From the NCBI GenBank assembly GCA_964409085.1, contig CAYPCE010000008.1, positions 1-47,561 on the forward strand: a stretch of 47,561 bases of DNA. The letters run 5' to 3'. The notes beneath the pieces were generated by a model. That model saw only the letters and a list, made by a program, of their open reading frames with translations, was not told the DNA's origin and searched no databases. The stretch's first letter is position 1. The number at the start of each line of letters is the position of its first letter. This document shows, one piece after another, positions 17,108 through 28,747 of this stretch. The translations under genes and the position numbers were made by a program. The DNA comes from an uncultured Desulfobacteraceae bacterium (GTDB lineage Bacteria; Desulfobacterota; Desulfobacteria; Desulfobacterales; JAABSP01).

Positions 17108-19333
17108 ATGGTTTCCCTGTCCCTCGCCCTGGCCCTGGTCTTCGGTCTCTTCCTCCTCACCGCCATCTTCGATCCCGGGGGCCATGACTATCTGATCCTG
17201 ACCCTCCTCGCCGTGGCGCCCCTGCTCCTTTTTATCTGGGCGGCGGCCTACTCAATGGAACAGCGCCGGACCGACAAAACCGAAAAGGACCGGAAGCGGG
17301 CCGAGGACGAAATCCGGATTCTGGCAAAATTCCCGGATGAAAACCCCAACCCGATCCTCCGGTTCAACGCCGATGCCATCCTGCTCTATGCCAATGCGGC
17401 GGCGGAATCGTTGCTGACGGTCTGGGAGTGCCGGGTCGGGGACCGGCTGCCGGAACCCTTCAGCCGCCTGTTTTCCGATGATGACGCCGATGTTCACGAC
17501 CGGAGCACCGAAATCGAGGCGGGGGACCGGATCTTCCGCTTCACCGCCAGCACCGCCTCCGATACCGGTTCGGTCTATGTCTACGGCCAGGAAATCACCC
17601 GGCAAAAGGAATACGAGGCCCAACTCCTTCTCTCGGATGGTGTCTTCAACCACACCATCGAGGGCATCGCCATCACCAATGCGGACGGCACCATCGAACG
17701 GGTCAACCCCGCGTTCACCCGCATCACCGGGTACACCGCCGCGGAGGCGGTCGGCGAAAATCCCCGGATCCTCAAATCGGATCGCCACGACGCCGGTTTC
17801 TATCGAGAAATGTGGGAAACGCTCCGGGAAACCGGCCAGTGGCATGGCGAAATCTGGAACCGCCGGAAGAGCGGCGAGGCCTACCCCGAATGGCTCGCCA
17901 TTACGGCCGTCAAGAACCGTCACGGTGAGACGGAAAACTACGTTTCGGTTTTCCATGACATTTCCGAGATCAAGCAAAGCCGGGAAATGCTCCATTTCCA
18001 GGCATACCACGATGCCCTGACATCCCTGCCCAACCGGCATCTGTTCAACGACCGCCTGGAGAGGGCCATCGCCTATGCCAGGCGGAAAAACGGCCGGATC
18101 GCCGTGCTGCTGGTGGATCTGGACAATTTCAAGCACATCAACGATTCCCTGGGCCACCCGGTGGGCGACGAATTCCTGAAGCAAGCGGCGGAGCGGCTGA
18201 AGCGCCACTGCCGGGAGGAGGACACCGTGGCCCGCCTGGGGGGCGACGAGTTCATCATCTTCAATTCGGACCTCACGTCCGACCGGGACGCCGTGGAGGT
18301 GGCCAAGCGGATCCAGCGGACCTTCAACGATCCCATCGTCGCCGACGGCCACGAGCTGTTTTCCACCACCAGCATCGGCATCACCCTCTTTCCCGAGGAC
18401 GGCAAGGACGCCCACACCCTGGTGAAAAACGCCGACATGGCCATGTACCGGGCCAAGTTCCAGGGGAAAAATTCCCACGCCCTCTTCACCCCCGCCCTCC
18501 ATGCGGCCGCCGCCGAACGGATGGAGCTGGAGAGCAGCCTCCGCAAAGCCATCCGGAATGAGGAGTTCACCCTTTTTTACCAGCCCAAAGTCGATCTGGG
18601 GGCGGACCGGATCGTCGGCATCGAGGCCCTGGTCCGGTGGTTCCGGCCGGACGGCGGCATGGCGCCGCCGGATCAGTTCATCCCCCTGGCCGAGGAAACC
18701 GGACTGATCCATCCGCTGGGGGAATGGGTCCTCGAAACCGCCTGCCGCCAAAACCGCATCTGGAACGATACCGTCCATCCCGATCTGACGGTGGCCGTCA
18801 ACCTTTCCGCCCGCCAGTTCGGAGACAGGGATCTCATCCCCCTGGTCCGGAACATCCTGGACCGGACCGGCCTCGATCCGGCCCATCTGGATCTGGAAAT
18901 CACCGAGAACATGGTGATGCATCACCTGACCGAAGCGGTCGGGGCCATGGAGCGTCTCAAGGCCATGGGCATCCACATCTCCATGGATGACTTCGGCACC
19001 GGTTATTCATCCCTGAGTTATTTAAAACGATTTCCCCTCACCCTTCTGAAAATCGACAAATCGTTTATCGGCGATCTGCCCCATAATACCGAAGACGCGG
19101 CCATCGTTCGGGCGATCCTCTCCATGGCCCATAATCTGGGGTTGCGGGTGGTGGCCGAAGGCGTTGAAACGGTCCCGCAACTCGATTTTCTGCATCGCTT
19201 TGGCTGTGAAGAGATCCAGGGATACCTGTTCAGCAAGCCCCTGCCGGCCCGTGAGATGACCCGACTCCTGGGCCAGAAAGGCGCCACCGCGGGGCTCACG
19301 GACGCCGGAAGACGGGATGGGGCGCCGCTTTGA
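17108..19333 (+). CDS. Membrane-anchored PAS-GGDEF-EAL protein (bifunctional diguanylate cyclase/phosphodiesterase)
   Basis: Two N-terminal TM helices, PAS regions, GGDEF (VARLGGDEFII) and EAL (EALVRW...DDFGTGYSSLSYL). An internal start at ATG 17108 is chosen because the track's 42-codon extension is Arg/Pro-rich. Confidence 0.85.
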   Translation: MVSLSLALALVFGLFLLTAIFDPGGHDYLILTLLAVAPLLLFIWAAAYSMEQRRTDKTEKDRKRAEDEIRILAKFPDENPNPILRFNADAILLYANAAAESLLTVWECRVGDRLPEPFSRLFSDDDADVHDRSTEIEAGDRIFRFTASTASDTGSVYVYGQEITRQKEYEAQLLLSDGVFNHTIEGIAITNADGTIERVNPAFTRITGYTAAEAVGENPRILKSDRHDAGFYREMWETLRETGQWHGEIWNRRKSGEAYPEWLAITAVKNRHGETENYVSVFHDISEIKQSREMLHFQAYHDALTSLPNRHLFNDRLERAIAYARRKNGRIAVLLVDLDNFKHINDSLGHPVGDEFLKQAAERLKRHCREEDTVARLGGDEFIIFNSDLTSDRDAVEVAKRIQRTFNDPIVADGHELFSTTSIGITLFPEDGKDAHTLVKNADMAMYRAKFQGKNSHALFTPALHAAAAERMELESSLRKAIRNEEFTLFYQPKVDLGADRIVGIEALVRWFRPDGGMAPPDQFIPLAEETGLIHPLGEWVLETACRQNRIWNDTVHPDLTVAVNLSARQFGDRDLIPLVRNILDRTGLDPAHLDLEITENMVMHHLTEAVGAMERLKAMGIHISMDDFGTGYSSLSYLKRFPLTLLKIDKSFIGDLPHNTEDAAIVRAILSMAHNLGLRVVAEGVETVPQLDFLHRFGCEEIQGYLFSKPLPAREMTRLLGQKGATAGLTDAGRRDGAPL

Positions 19334-19641
19334 GGGGGGGCGGACTGTCATGGCGTTTCGGATGAGGCGACTCAGGGGGAGCTTTCCTGGGTAAATGCCG
19401 CCCTATCCCGACCAGAATCCTGATCCTTCACAGGGGCTCGTCTCTCCGGCGCTGGGGGTTTCCGTTGCCATCAGCCATTGGTTTATATCGCGATCCATCA
19501 TGAGCCCGCAGGACGCAACGTCAAATCCTGAATTCCAGTCACTCTCGCATTGACACATCGGTGTCGATGGTCTAATCAAGAGAATACGATCACTATTGCT
19601 GCAAGAACCGTAAGCGGGACGACACAGGAAAGGATCTCATC

Positions 19642-20385
19642 ATGTTCGATTTTATCTACGAAACCCTCTCCAGTCTCGGTTACACCCATCCCCTCCATCC
19701 CCTCTTCACCCACGTAACCATCGGCCTCACCGTCGGCGCATTCGTCTTCGCTTTGGGCGGCAAAGTCTCCAGGGGAGACGGCATGCTGATGTGCGCCCGG
19801 TACTGTGTATCCTTGGCCCTCGTCGTCCTGATCCCCACCGTGCTGCTGGGGTACATGGACTGGCAACACTTTTTCGGCGGGGCCTGGCGCCTGCCCTTCA
19901 AGGCCAAGCTCGGCCTGGCGGGGGCCCTGCTGATCCTTTTGATCGTCACCGGGCTTCTGGCCGAAAAGGCGCAGCGGCGCAAGACCTCGCCGCTGTTCGC
20001 GTATTTTCTCTGCTTTCTCTGCGTGGCCGGGCTGGGGTATTTCGGCGGCGAACTGGTCTACGGAAAACCATTCGCCGCCAGCGAGCCCGCCTCCCCCGAG
20101 CCCCAGGCCGAAGAAACCACGGCCCCGCCCCAACTGGCTCTGGAGGGTGCCGAAATCTTTTCTCAGAACTGCGCCATGTGCCATGCGGTGGACACCACCG
20201 AGGAGGGAATCGGCCCGGGGCTCAAAGGCCTCTTCAACCGGGATTCCCTGCCGGTCAGCGGCCGTGCCGTGTCGGAAGAAGCGGTTCGGACCCAAGTGCG
20301 CGATCCCTTCGAGAATATGCCGCCGTTTCAGAACTTGACCGATCCGCAAATCGACGCCATCATCGCTTACCTGAAAACGGTCTAA
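19642..20385 (+). CDS. Membrane protein with a C-terminal monoheme c-type cytochrome domain
   Basis: Four or five predicted TM helices at the N-terminus. CxxCH haem-binding motif (CAMCH) and a Met ligand region (FENMPPF). Start 6 nt after stop 20385. Confidence 0.7.
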   Translation: MFDFIYETLSSLGYTHPLHPLFTHVTIGLTVGAFVFALGGKVSRGDGMLMCARYCVSLALVVLIPTVLLGYMDWQHFFGGAWRLPFKAKLGLAGALLILLIVTGLLAEKAQRRKTSPLFAYFLCFLCVAGLGYFGGELVYGKPFAASEPASPEPQAEETTAPPQLALEGAEIFSQNCAMCHAVDTTEEGIGPGLKGLFNRDSLPVSGRAVSEEAVRTQVRDPFENMPPFQNLTDPQIDAIIAYLKTV

Positions 20386-20387
20386 CC

Positions 20388-20756
20388 ATGATCCCCCCCC
20401 ATGCGCCCCTGGAAAGAAGACGCCATCCCCGAATTCAGCGGCACCTGCCGCTGAAGATCCAGCAGGACCGGACCTTTGACGTCACCGAAACCATCAACCT
20501 GAGTCGCAGTGGGGTCTACTGCCGCCTCCACCGCTCCCTCCCGGAGATGACCCGGCTGCGGATCGTCCTCTCCCTGCCCGCCGGGGACGGCGGGACCCCA
20601 CCGGAGTATGTTTCCTGCGACGGGGTGGTGGTCCGATCGGAAACTCATGGCCCCGGGGACCACCGCATCGCCATCTTCTTTGAAACCATTCCGGAAGCCG
20701 ACAAGGAGAAGCTGTCCCGTTTCATCGACCGCCGCCGGACCGAAGCAGCCGGATAG
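20388..20756 (+). CDS. PilZ-domain protein (c-di-GMP receptor)
   Basis: RxxxR motif ([10 protein letters not shown]) and D/NxSxxG motif ([14 protein letters not shown]). The start follows the cytochrome stop after 2 nt, indicating translational coupling. Confidence 0.75.
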   Translation: MIPPHAPLERRRHPRIQRHLPLKIQQDRTFDVTETINLSRSGVYCRLHRSLPEMTRLRIVLSLPAGDGGTPPEYVSCDGVVVRSETHGPGDHRIAIFFETIPEADKEKLSRFIDRRRTEAAG

Positions 20757-20887
20757 AGGGTTTTTCCTTCCCAAAACCGCGGCGCTCTGGTAAACATCGA
20801 TCCCTGAATGGACGGGAGGCATCCCGGGACCGCCTCAACCGGATCGCCACCCGGTGTGGAACCGCGGTCTGCCGGGAGAAAGGAACG

Positions 20888-22153
20888 ATGCCGATGACAA
20901 TGATAGACCGCATCGACTGGTTTATCCCCGAGGCTGTGAAGGGGCAATTGGATCAACGCCGCCGGGCCCGTCAACTCGTTATTTTCGCCTTTATCTCGCC
21001 GTTGTTTTTCATCCCCAACATCCTCAAATGGGCCGCCATGGGCCACAATGGGCTGAGCATCAGCACCACGGCCGCGGCCATCGTGTCCCTGGCCATCCCG
21101 CCCATCATGCGATGGAGCGGTCGCCTGGCCCTGGCCGGAAACATCGCCTTTGCCGGCCTGGCGTGGCATTTCCTTTACCTTCCTTATTGGACCGGCGGCA
21201 TCTATTCCAGCGCCCTCGGCTGGAACATGGTGGTACCGGTGCTGGCGGCCACGTTCGTGGGCATCCGCAGCGCCCTTTTCTGGTCCGTCTTCATGGTGGT
21301 CGAGGTGCTGGGGTTCTATCTCTACCAGGCCGCCGGGCATGGGCTGCCGGCCATCGCCTTTGCGGAGGACGAAATCCTGAAGGTCCACCTCGCCAACAAC
21401 CTCGGCCCCCTTCTGGCTTTGGCCGTGACCATGTATTTTTCCGAAAAGGGCATTCAAACCGCCTTCGGCTTCCAGCGGACCACCCTGGCCGACCAGGAGA
21501 CGGCGCTGACATCCCACCGGCAGTCCAGGGAAAAACTGGCCGGGATGGCCCGGCGGCTCCGCCGCATGGTACGGAAGATTCGGGAGATCACCGGCGAACT
21601 GACGGAGATCATTCTTCCGGAAATGGCCGATCTGACCCATGGCAACGATCGGGCCGCCAGCCAGGCGGACACCCGGGTGCAGCGGGCCAATGACCGGATG
21701 AGGCGCGCCCGTGACGTCATGACGTCCCTGTCCGACGCCATGGCGGCCATCGCCACCGCCAGCCAGGAAACCGGCCGGATCATCCAGTCGATCCACGACA
21801 TCGCCTTCCAGACCCGGCTGCTGGCCCTCAACGCGGCGGTGGAAGCGGCCCGGGCCGGCGAGAGCGGGCTGGGGTTCGCCGTGGTGGCCGACGAGGTGGG
21901 CCGCCTGGCCAGATCGGCGGCCGATGCCGCCGACAGCACCGAACATCTCATTCACGAAACGACGGAAGGCATCCGGTCGGCGGTGGATTTGACAGCGGAA
22001 ACCGACACTGCGTTCGGTGAGGCCGCCGCCCGGATGGAAGAAGCCGTGACGCTGATCCAGACCATCGCGGCGGCCTCCACCCGGCAGGCCGGCGGGATTG
22101 AGCGGATCACCGCTGCCATCGCCAAGATGGAACGGACGGTGGCCGCCGAATGA
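20888..22153 (+). CDS. Methyl-accepting chemotaxis protein (multi-TM sensor, no HAMP, short MCP signalling domain)
   Basis: Highly conserved MCP signalling core ([37 protein letters not shown]). About 6 TM helices at the N-terminus. GGAGAAAGGA SD before the ATG. Confidence 0.85.
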   Translation: MPMTMIDRIDWFIPEAVKGQLDQRRRARQLVIFAFISPLFFIPNILKWAAMGHNGLSISTTAAAIVSLAIPPIMRWSGRLALAGNIAFAGLAWHFLYLPYWTGGIYSSALGWNMVVPVLAATFVGIRSALFWSVFMVVEVLGFYLYQAAGHGLPAIAFAEDEILKVHLANNLGPLLALAVTMYFSEKGIQTAFGFQRTTLADQETALTSHRQSREKLAGMARRLRRMVRKIREITGELTEIILPEMADLTHGNDRAASQADTRVQRANDRMRRARDVMTSLSDAMAAIATASQETGRIIQSIHDIAFQTRLLALNAAVEAARAGESGLGFAVVADEVGRLARSAADAADSTEHLIHETTEGIRSAVDLTAETDTAFGEAAARMEEAVTLIQTIAAASTRQAGGIERITAAIAKMERTVAAE

Positions 22154-23841
22154 CCGCCCTTCGACGCCAGGCCCCGGCAGTCGCTCCATCAGGCCGGAGT
22201 TCGGAATGGATCCGGCAGCAGCGGGACCGGTCTGAAGAACTCATTTCTGCGCCGGCCAGTGATTTTACCGCGGTTTACTATGCGGTTTATCATCTGCGGT
22301 CTCTTTTAGACGATTACCCCGAGGCCGCGGGCCGGCGGACGGTCGCGGTTCTCGAAGACCTCCTGAAGCGCGAGGATTTCGCCAGCCAGCGCCAGGGGCT
22401 CTTTCTTTTCCGGCAGGCCGCCCTGACCCTGGTGTCGGTCATGGTTCGGGCCGGGGGCCCTTCGACGGACGACGGCGATCTGGTCTGCGAGGCGCAGAAC
22501 AGCATCGGGCGGGTTTTGGCCGAGACGTGGGGCCACGCGCACCGGGCGATGGCCGAATCTTTGGGGTCGCTGCCCGTGGCGGTGGTTGGGCCGCGGGTTG
22601 AAGGCGGCTGGTTCCATGATAAACAAGATCGATGCCTTGATCTGGGTCGCCTTCTGGACTGGCACGGACTAACACGGATCGGCACGGACCGTACGTTTGG
22701 CCGGAGCCGGGTATTCCGTCTGACCGGCGATGACCGGATTCTGGTTCTCAAAGCGACCCGGCCCGGCGAAAACCCGCGGGGTCTGATAGACGAAGTGCTT
22801 TGGATGTGTCGTTTGGCGGAAATGGCGGGAAGCTTTCCGGGGCGGTTCGACATTCCCGTTCCGCTGGGTCTGGATGGCCATTATCTTTTCCGAATGACCG
22901 GCGTTGACGTTCCGGGCGGCGCTCCGGATTCTGTGAAAGGTCATGCCATCGCGTTTCTCGCCCACCCCGATTATTTCGCCTATCCGGTCGGGCCTGGAAA
23001 CAGCGGCCTTGACGGGGCCGCGTTTACAGAACTGATGGTGCGAAATGCATGGTTGATGGGAAAGTTGATGGCCGAGGGCGTCGTCCATACGGCGCCGATC
23101 CCGCTGTTCCACAACCGGGTTCAAACGGACCGACGCCGGGACGGCGGCCATTATGAATGGTTCCGGGCCGGGCGCCTCGACCGGTGGCTCGCCTCCTGCG
23201 ACTATCCCAATCTAGGCGTAACGGGCCTCCGGGATTTCGAGCATTTCGTTGCCCTGTCCGACCGGAATGCGAACCTCTACCGACATATCGGAACCCATTT
23301 CCTGAGCCTGCTGCTGATCATGGGCGCCTACTTCCGCGGCAAGGCCCCGGACCGGAGGGGGCTCGACCCGGAGGGCCACCCCGTGGATGTCCGGGACCTG
23401 TTCGATCCGGATCTTCTAGCAGAGCTTATCGAAGGCGTCTTCAGGGCATATTATGAAGGATTTACAGGGACGCCGTTTACCGGCCCTTTGCCGCTGGACA
23501 TTCCCGGACTGGTGCTGGCGATGATCGAGGAGATGGGCGTGGACCGGCACATGGAAGAGGTGCTGCGGGTGGCGGACCAGGAAGGGATGACCGATGTCGA
23601 CTATCGGGTGTTCCTTGAGGAGCGGGGGTTTTCAGGCGCCCGGATAAAGAGGCTGCCCAGAGGCGCCGCCGATATCATTTTTCACAGCGGGCCCCATTTG
23701 GGCGGGTTCAATCGGCCCATTTCGCTGCCGGAGATGATCCGGGCCGTGGAAACTTTTTCGGCCCTCTGCATGGCGGGGCGCTATCGACAGTGCCGCGCCG
23801 CCGGACATGTGCATCCTGAAGAATGGGACCCCGGCGTATGA
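22150..23841 (+). CDS. Conserved hypothetical protein (563 aa), no recognisable domain; possible atypical kinase-like fold
   Basis: ATGA overlaps with the MCP stop (22150-22153) and with the next start (23838-23841). A weak kinase-like pattern is present ([18 protein letters not shown], then [13 protein letters not shown], then [13 protein letters not shown]). Confidence 0.6.
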   Translation: MTALRRQAPAVAPSGRSSEWIRQQRDRSEELISAPASDFTAVYYAVYHLRSLLDDYPEAAGRRTVAVLEDLLKREDFASQRQGLFLFRQAALTLVSVMVRAGGPSTDDGDLVCEAQNSIGRVLAETWGHAHRAMAESLGSLPVAVVGPRVEGGWFHDKQDRCLDLGRLLDWHGLTRIGTDRTFGRSRVFRLTGDDRILVLKATRPGENPRGLIDEVLWMCRLAEMAGSFPGRFDIPVPLGLDGHYLFRMTGVDVPGGAPDSVKGHAIAFLAHPDYFAYPVGPGNSGLDGAAFTELMVRNAWLMGKLMAEGVVHTAPIPLFHNRVQTDRRRDGGHYEWFRAGRLDRWLASCDYPNLGVTGLRDFEHFVALSDRNANLYRHIGTHFLSLLLIMGAYFRGKAPDRRGLDPEGHPVDVRDLFDPDLLAELIEGVFRAYYEGFTGTPFTGPLPLDIPGLVLAMIEEMGVDRHMEEVLRVADQEGMTDVDYRVFLEERGFSGARIKRLPRGAADIIFHSGPHLGGFNRPISLPEMIRAVETFSALCMAGRYRQCRAAGHVHPEEWDPGV

Positions 23842-24419
23842 CCGGCTGGCTCTTAGCGTTTTTCGTGTTCGCCGGCGGGCTTTTCTCTTTAAAGATGGCC
23901 TATGTCCTCTGCACCGCCCTGGCGCTGCCCGCCACTCAAGGGGCGCTGTACGTCTCTACGTCCCGGCCGCGGATCGCCGCCGCCCTGGACGCCGTGCCGT
24001 TGCGGCCCGGCGACCTGCTGGTGGACCTGGGATGCGGCGACGGCCGCGTGCTCCGGCTGGCCCGGCGGCGGTGTCCAATCCGGGGGATCGGATATGAACT
24101 CAACCCCCTGGCCTATGCCAAGGCCCGGCTGCTTTGCTTCGGATCGCCGGGGATCGAGGTCCGGATGCGCAATTTCTGGTCCGCCGATCTGTCCGGGGCC
24201 CGGGTGGTGTTCTGCTATCTTTTCCCCGACGTCATGGCCCGCATGGCCCGGAAGCTGACGGCGGAACTCCGTCCCGGCGCCATGGTGGTCTCCTGCAATT
24301 TCCCCCTGCCGGGGTGTCGGCCGGAACGGGTGCTGCGGCCCGGCGGGTCTCTTCACAATGATCCCATTTATATCTACAGCGCCGACGCGATGCGCGATGA
24401 ACCGAAAGCGACGACATGA
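23838..24419 (+). CDS. Small membrane-anchored class I SAM-dependent methyltransferase
   Basis: N-terminal TM helix (WLLAFFVFAGGLFSL), motif I (LVDLGCGDGRVL), post-I (GIGYELNP) and motif II (ARVVFCYLFPD). ATGA coupling on both sides. Confidence 0.7.
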   Translation: MTGWLLAFFVFAGGLFSLKMAYVLCTALALPATQGALYVSTSRPRIAAALDAVPLRPGDLLVDLGCGDGRVLRLARRRCPIRGIGYELNPLAYAKARLLCFGSPGIEVRMRNFWSADLSGARVVFCYLFPDVMARMARKLTAELRPGAMVVSCNFPLPGCRPERVLRPGGSLHNDPIYIYSADAMRDEPKATT

Positions 24420-24871
24420 AGATGGACGATCTGCTGAAGCTGCTGGGGGAGACCTACGAAAACAAACTTCCCTTCAACCGGGTATTGGGCCTGCGGATCG
24501 GCGCCCTTTCGGAGACGGCGGTCACCGTCCACTTCGACATGCGGCCCGATCTGGTGGGCAATTTCGTCCACGGCATCCTCCATGGCGGGGTCATTTCCGC
24601 GGCCCTGGACGCGACGGGCGGCATGGTGGCCACGGCCGGGATCCTACGCCAGGCGGCGGCCGAGGGGACTGAAGCCGCCGTTGCCCGCATCGCCCGCGTC
24701 GGCACCATCGACCTTCGCGTCGATTACCTCCGCCCCGGCAGGGGCGAACGGTTCACCGTAACCGGCAACCCCATGCGGACCGGCCGTAAAGTGGCCGTGG
24801 TCCGGACCGAACTCAAAAACGAATCGGATGTGCTGATCGCCGTGGGGACGGGGACGTATATCGTGGGGTGA
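24416..24871 (+). CDS. PaaI-family hot-dog-fold thioesterase
   Basis: Hot-dog thioesterase signature (NFVHGILHGGVISAALDATGG), 151 aa. The start is coupled to the upstream stop as ATGA. Confidence 0.8.
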   Translation: MKMDDLLKLLGETYENKLPFNRVLGLRIGALSETAVTVHFDMRPDLVGNFVHGILHGGVISAALDATGGMVATAGILRQAAAEGTEAAVARIARVGTIDLRVDYLRPGRGERFTVTGNPMRTGRKVAVVRTELKNESDVLIAVGTGTYIVG

Positions 24872-24906
24872 GAAGGGCCGCCCGTTTTTGCGAAAAAAAG
24901 AGACGA

Positions 24907-26898
24907 TCAGCCCGGTCGCGTCATTCCGGAGATCGCGTCCGGGAAGGACGCCATCCATTTTTCCATGCCGTCCGTGTCCATCGCATCGGCGCAGAGATGG
25001 AGGTTTTCGCCGTAGGTCCCCAGGGCCGGGTGGCCGTATCGGTCGGCGATGGCTTTTAACTCTTCGGCGAAGTCGATGATGTCGTCGATGAAATAGATGT
25101 CTTTGATGTCTTCCCACTTGTCGCGCATGGCGGCGAGTTCATCCATCATTTCAGGCGAACAGGGGGGAGGGGCGGCCTCCGGATGCGGGGCCGGCGTTTC
25201 GCGGGACGCCCCTTGCCGGGGTAGAAACGGCGCCAATTCACGGAACAGGCGACGTTTGGTGATGGGCTTCCGCAAATAGCCGTCGAAAATTTGTTTCCGT
25301 TCGTCTTCCGCGCCTTTCAGCCCGGATGCGGTCATGGCGATGACGGGAATCCGGCTGAGATCGTCGTCTTTTTTCATCCGGACGGCGATTTCCACGCCGT
25401 CGGCGCCGGGCATGATCAAGTCCATCAGCACCACGTCGGGGCGATCCGTCGGCAGGCGTCGGAAAGCATCCTCGCCGTCTTCGGATTCGATCACCGTCAG
25501 CGCGGTCTCATCGAGATAGGCGGCCACCAGCCGACGGTTGTCGGCGATGTCGTCCACCACCAGGACGGTGGCCGGGTCGAACTGGAGGGTTTCAGAACGG
25601 TCGGCTTCATCGGGGTCGTCGACGCATCCCTCCGCGACGACCTGGAGGTTCGGAAACGATACCGAAAACACGCTCCCTTTCCCCTTTTCGCTTTCCACTC
25701 CGATGGTCCCGCCCATCATCTGGACGAGCTTCCGGGTGATGGCGAGTCCCAGTCCGGTGCCGCCGTAATGGCCGACTTTCTGCCCTTTCTGCTGGCGGAA
25801 CGGGGCGAAAATGGATTCCTGTTGGTCGCGGGGGATGCCGATGCCCGTGTCCTCGACGGTGAGCGCCAACCGGAACCGGTCTTCCGTCCCATCCTCGAAC
25901 CGTCCGGCGGCGGCGAACCGGACGCGCCCCTTGTCGGTGAATTTCACGGCGTTGCCCACCAGGTTGATGAGGACCTGCCGGAGGCGGACTTCATCGAGGG
26001 CGAGAAACCGGGGGACCTCCGGGCCCGTCTCGGCCGTCAATTCGAGCCCTTGCCCGGTTGCGTCCTTTTCGAAGAGCCGTCGGGTCTCGCCGATGATTTC
26101 CTCGATTTTCACCGGCCCATATTCGAGGTCCAGCGCGCCGGACTCGATTTTCGAAAGGTCGAGGATATCGTTGATGATGGCCAGCAGGGTCCGGCCGGCG
26201 GAGATGATGGCGTTCAAATGGGCTTTCTGGCGCGGTTCCTGGATGAGCGGGATCAGGATTTCGCTGAAACCGAGAATGGCGTTCATGGGGGTCCGGATCT
26301 CATGGCTCATGTTGGCCAGGAATTCGCTTTTGGCCCGGTTGGCGATTTCCGCCGCCTCCTTGGCGTCGGCGAGTTCGGCGGTCCGTTCGCGCACCCGGAG
26401 TTCAAGGGTTTCGTTGGCCCGGCGCAGCGCCTCCCGGGCGGCTTTTTCCTTCTCCAGGGCGGCGATCAGGAGCCGCTGTTTTTCGTTCAGCTCCTTGCAT
26501 TGGGTGTAGGCCCGGAGCGCCTCGGTGATGGTGAGCTGAAAATCGGCTTCGTCCCAGGGTTTGGAAATGTACCGGTAGAGATCGGCCTGGTTGACCGCGT
26601 TGCCCACCGCCTCGGCGTCGGCCTGGCCGGTGAGAAAGATTTTGAGCGCCTGGGGGTATCGGCTGTGGATCGTGCTCAACAGCTCGTCGCCCTTCATGCC
26701 CGGCATGATCTGGTCGGAAATGATCACAGGCACTTCGACCCCATCGGCCAGGAGGTCTTCCATGACCTCCAGGGCCTCTTCGCCGCTTTCGGCCAGTTCG
26801 ATGGCGTAAGCGTCCCCCACGTAGCGCCGCAGTTGGTCCGTGAGACTGGTCAGAACGACGCTTTCATCGTCCACGCACAGGATGGCCGGTTTTTTCAT
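24907..26898 (-). CDS. Hybrid histidine kinase (REC-coiled coil-HisKA-HATPase_c-REC-C-terminal helical domain)
   Basis: N-terminal receiver ([11 protein letters not shown]...[13 protein letters not shown]), H-box ([12 protein letters not shown]), ATPase motifs and a second receiver ([13 protein letters not shown]...[13 protein letters not shown]). It is the last gene of a coupled five-gene cluster. Confidence 0.85.
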   Translation of the reverse strand: MKKPAILCVDDESVVLTSLTDQLRRYVGDAYAIELAESGEEALEVMEDLLADGVEVPVIISDQIMPGMKGDELLSTIHSRYPQALKIFLTGQADAEAVGNAVNQADLYRYISKPWDEADFQLTITEALRAYTQCKELNEKQRLLIAALEKEKAAREALRRANETLELRVRERTAELADAKEAAEIANRAKSEFLANMSHEIRTPMNAILGFSEILIPLIQEPRQKAHLNAIISAGRTLLAIINDILDLSKIESGALDLEYGPVKIEEIIGETRRLFEKDATGQGLELTAETGPEVPRFLALDEVRLRQVLINLVGNAVKFTDKGRVRFAAAGRFEDGTEDRFRLALTVEDTGIGIPRDQQESIFAPFRQQKGQKVGHYGGTGLGLAITRKLVQMMGGTIGVESEKGKGSVFSVSFPNLQVVAEGCVDDPDEADRSETLQFDPATVLVVDDIADNRRLVAAYLDETALTVIESEDGEDAFRRLPTDRPDVVLMDLIMPGADGVEIAVRMKKDDDLSRIPVIAMTASGLKGAEDERKQIFDGYLRKPITKRRLFRELAPFLPRQGASRETPAPHPEAAPPPCSPEMMDELAAMRDKWEDIKDIYFIDDIIDFAEELKAIADRYGHPALGTYGENLHLCADAMDTDGMEKWMASFPDAISGMTRPG

Positions 26899-27247
26899 GT
26901 TTTTTCCAGTCCGGAGACGAGGGTTTCAATAAGATCTTTCTCGCTCCAGGGTTTGTAGAGACAGCGATGAAGATTGGCGCGTCGTCGCGTCCTGTCGACG
27001 GCCGTCTCGTCGGCCTGCCCGGTGAGCAGGACGGTGACGATGTTCGGAAACCGCTCGTGAACCTTCGTGAGGAACTCGTCGCCTTTCATGCCCGGCATCA
27101 ACCAGTCCGAGACGATGATCAGTACCTCCATGCCGTCCTCGTGGAGTTCCTCGACCACCTCCATGGCCTCGTCGGCGCTATCGGCGAATTCGTACTGGTA
27201 GCTGTCCTTGAAATGGTTCCGGAGCTGATCCCTGAGGCTCGTCAGTA

Positions 27248-28743
<1,496 letters not shown>

Positions 28744-28747
<4 letters not shown>

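Noticed and set aside
17252-18976. 574-aa minus-strand ORF antisense to the PAS-GGDEF-EAL gene
   Set aside because: Antisense artefact.
19550-19576. TTGACA ... TCTAAT as a sigma70 promoter for the cytochrome gene
   Set aside because: Good -35 but a 15-nt spacer to the best -10. The geometry is poor, so it is not listed as a feature.
20645-22189. 514-aa minus-strand ORF antisense to the MCP gene
   Set aside because: Antisense artefact in GC-rich coding DNA; the plus-strand MCP signalling domain is unmistakable.
25291-26958. 555-aa plus-strand ORF antisense to the hybrid kinase
   Set aside because: Same antisense artefact; the minus-strand product has full REC/HisKA/HATPase motifs.
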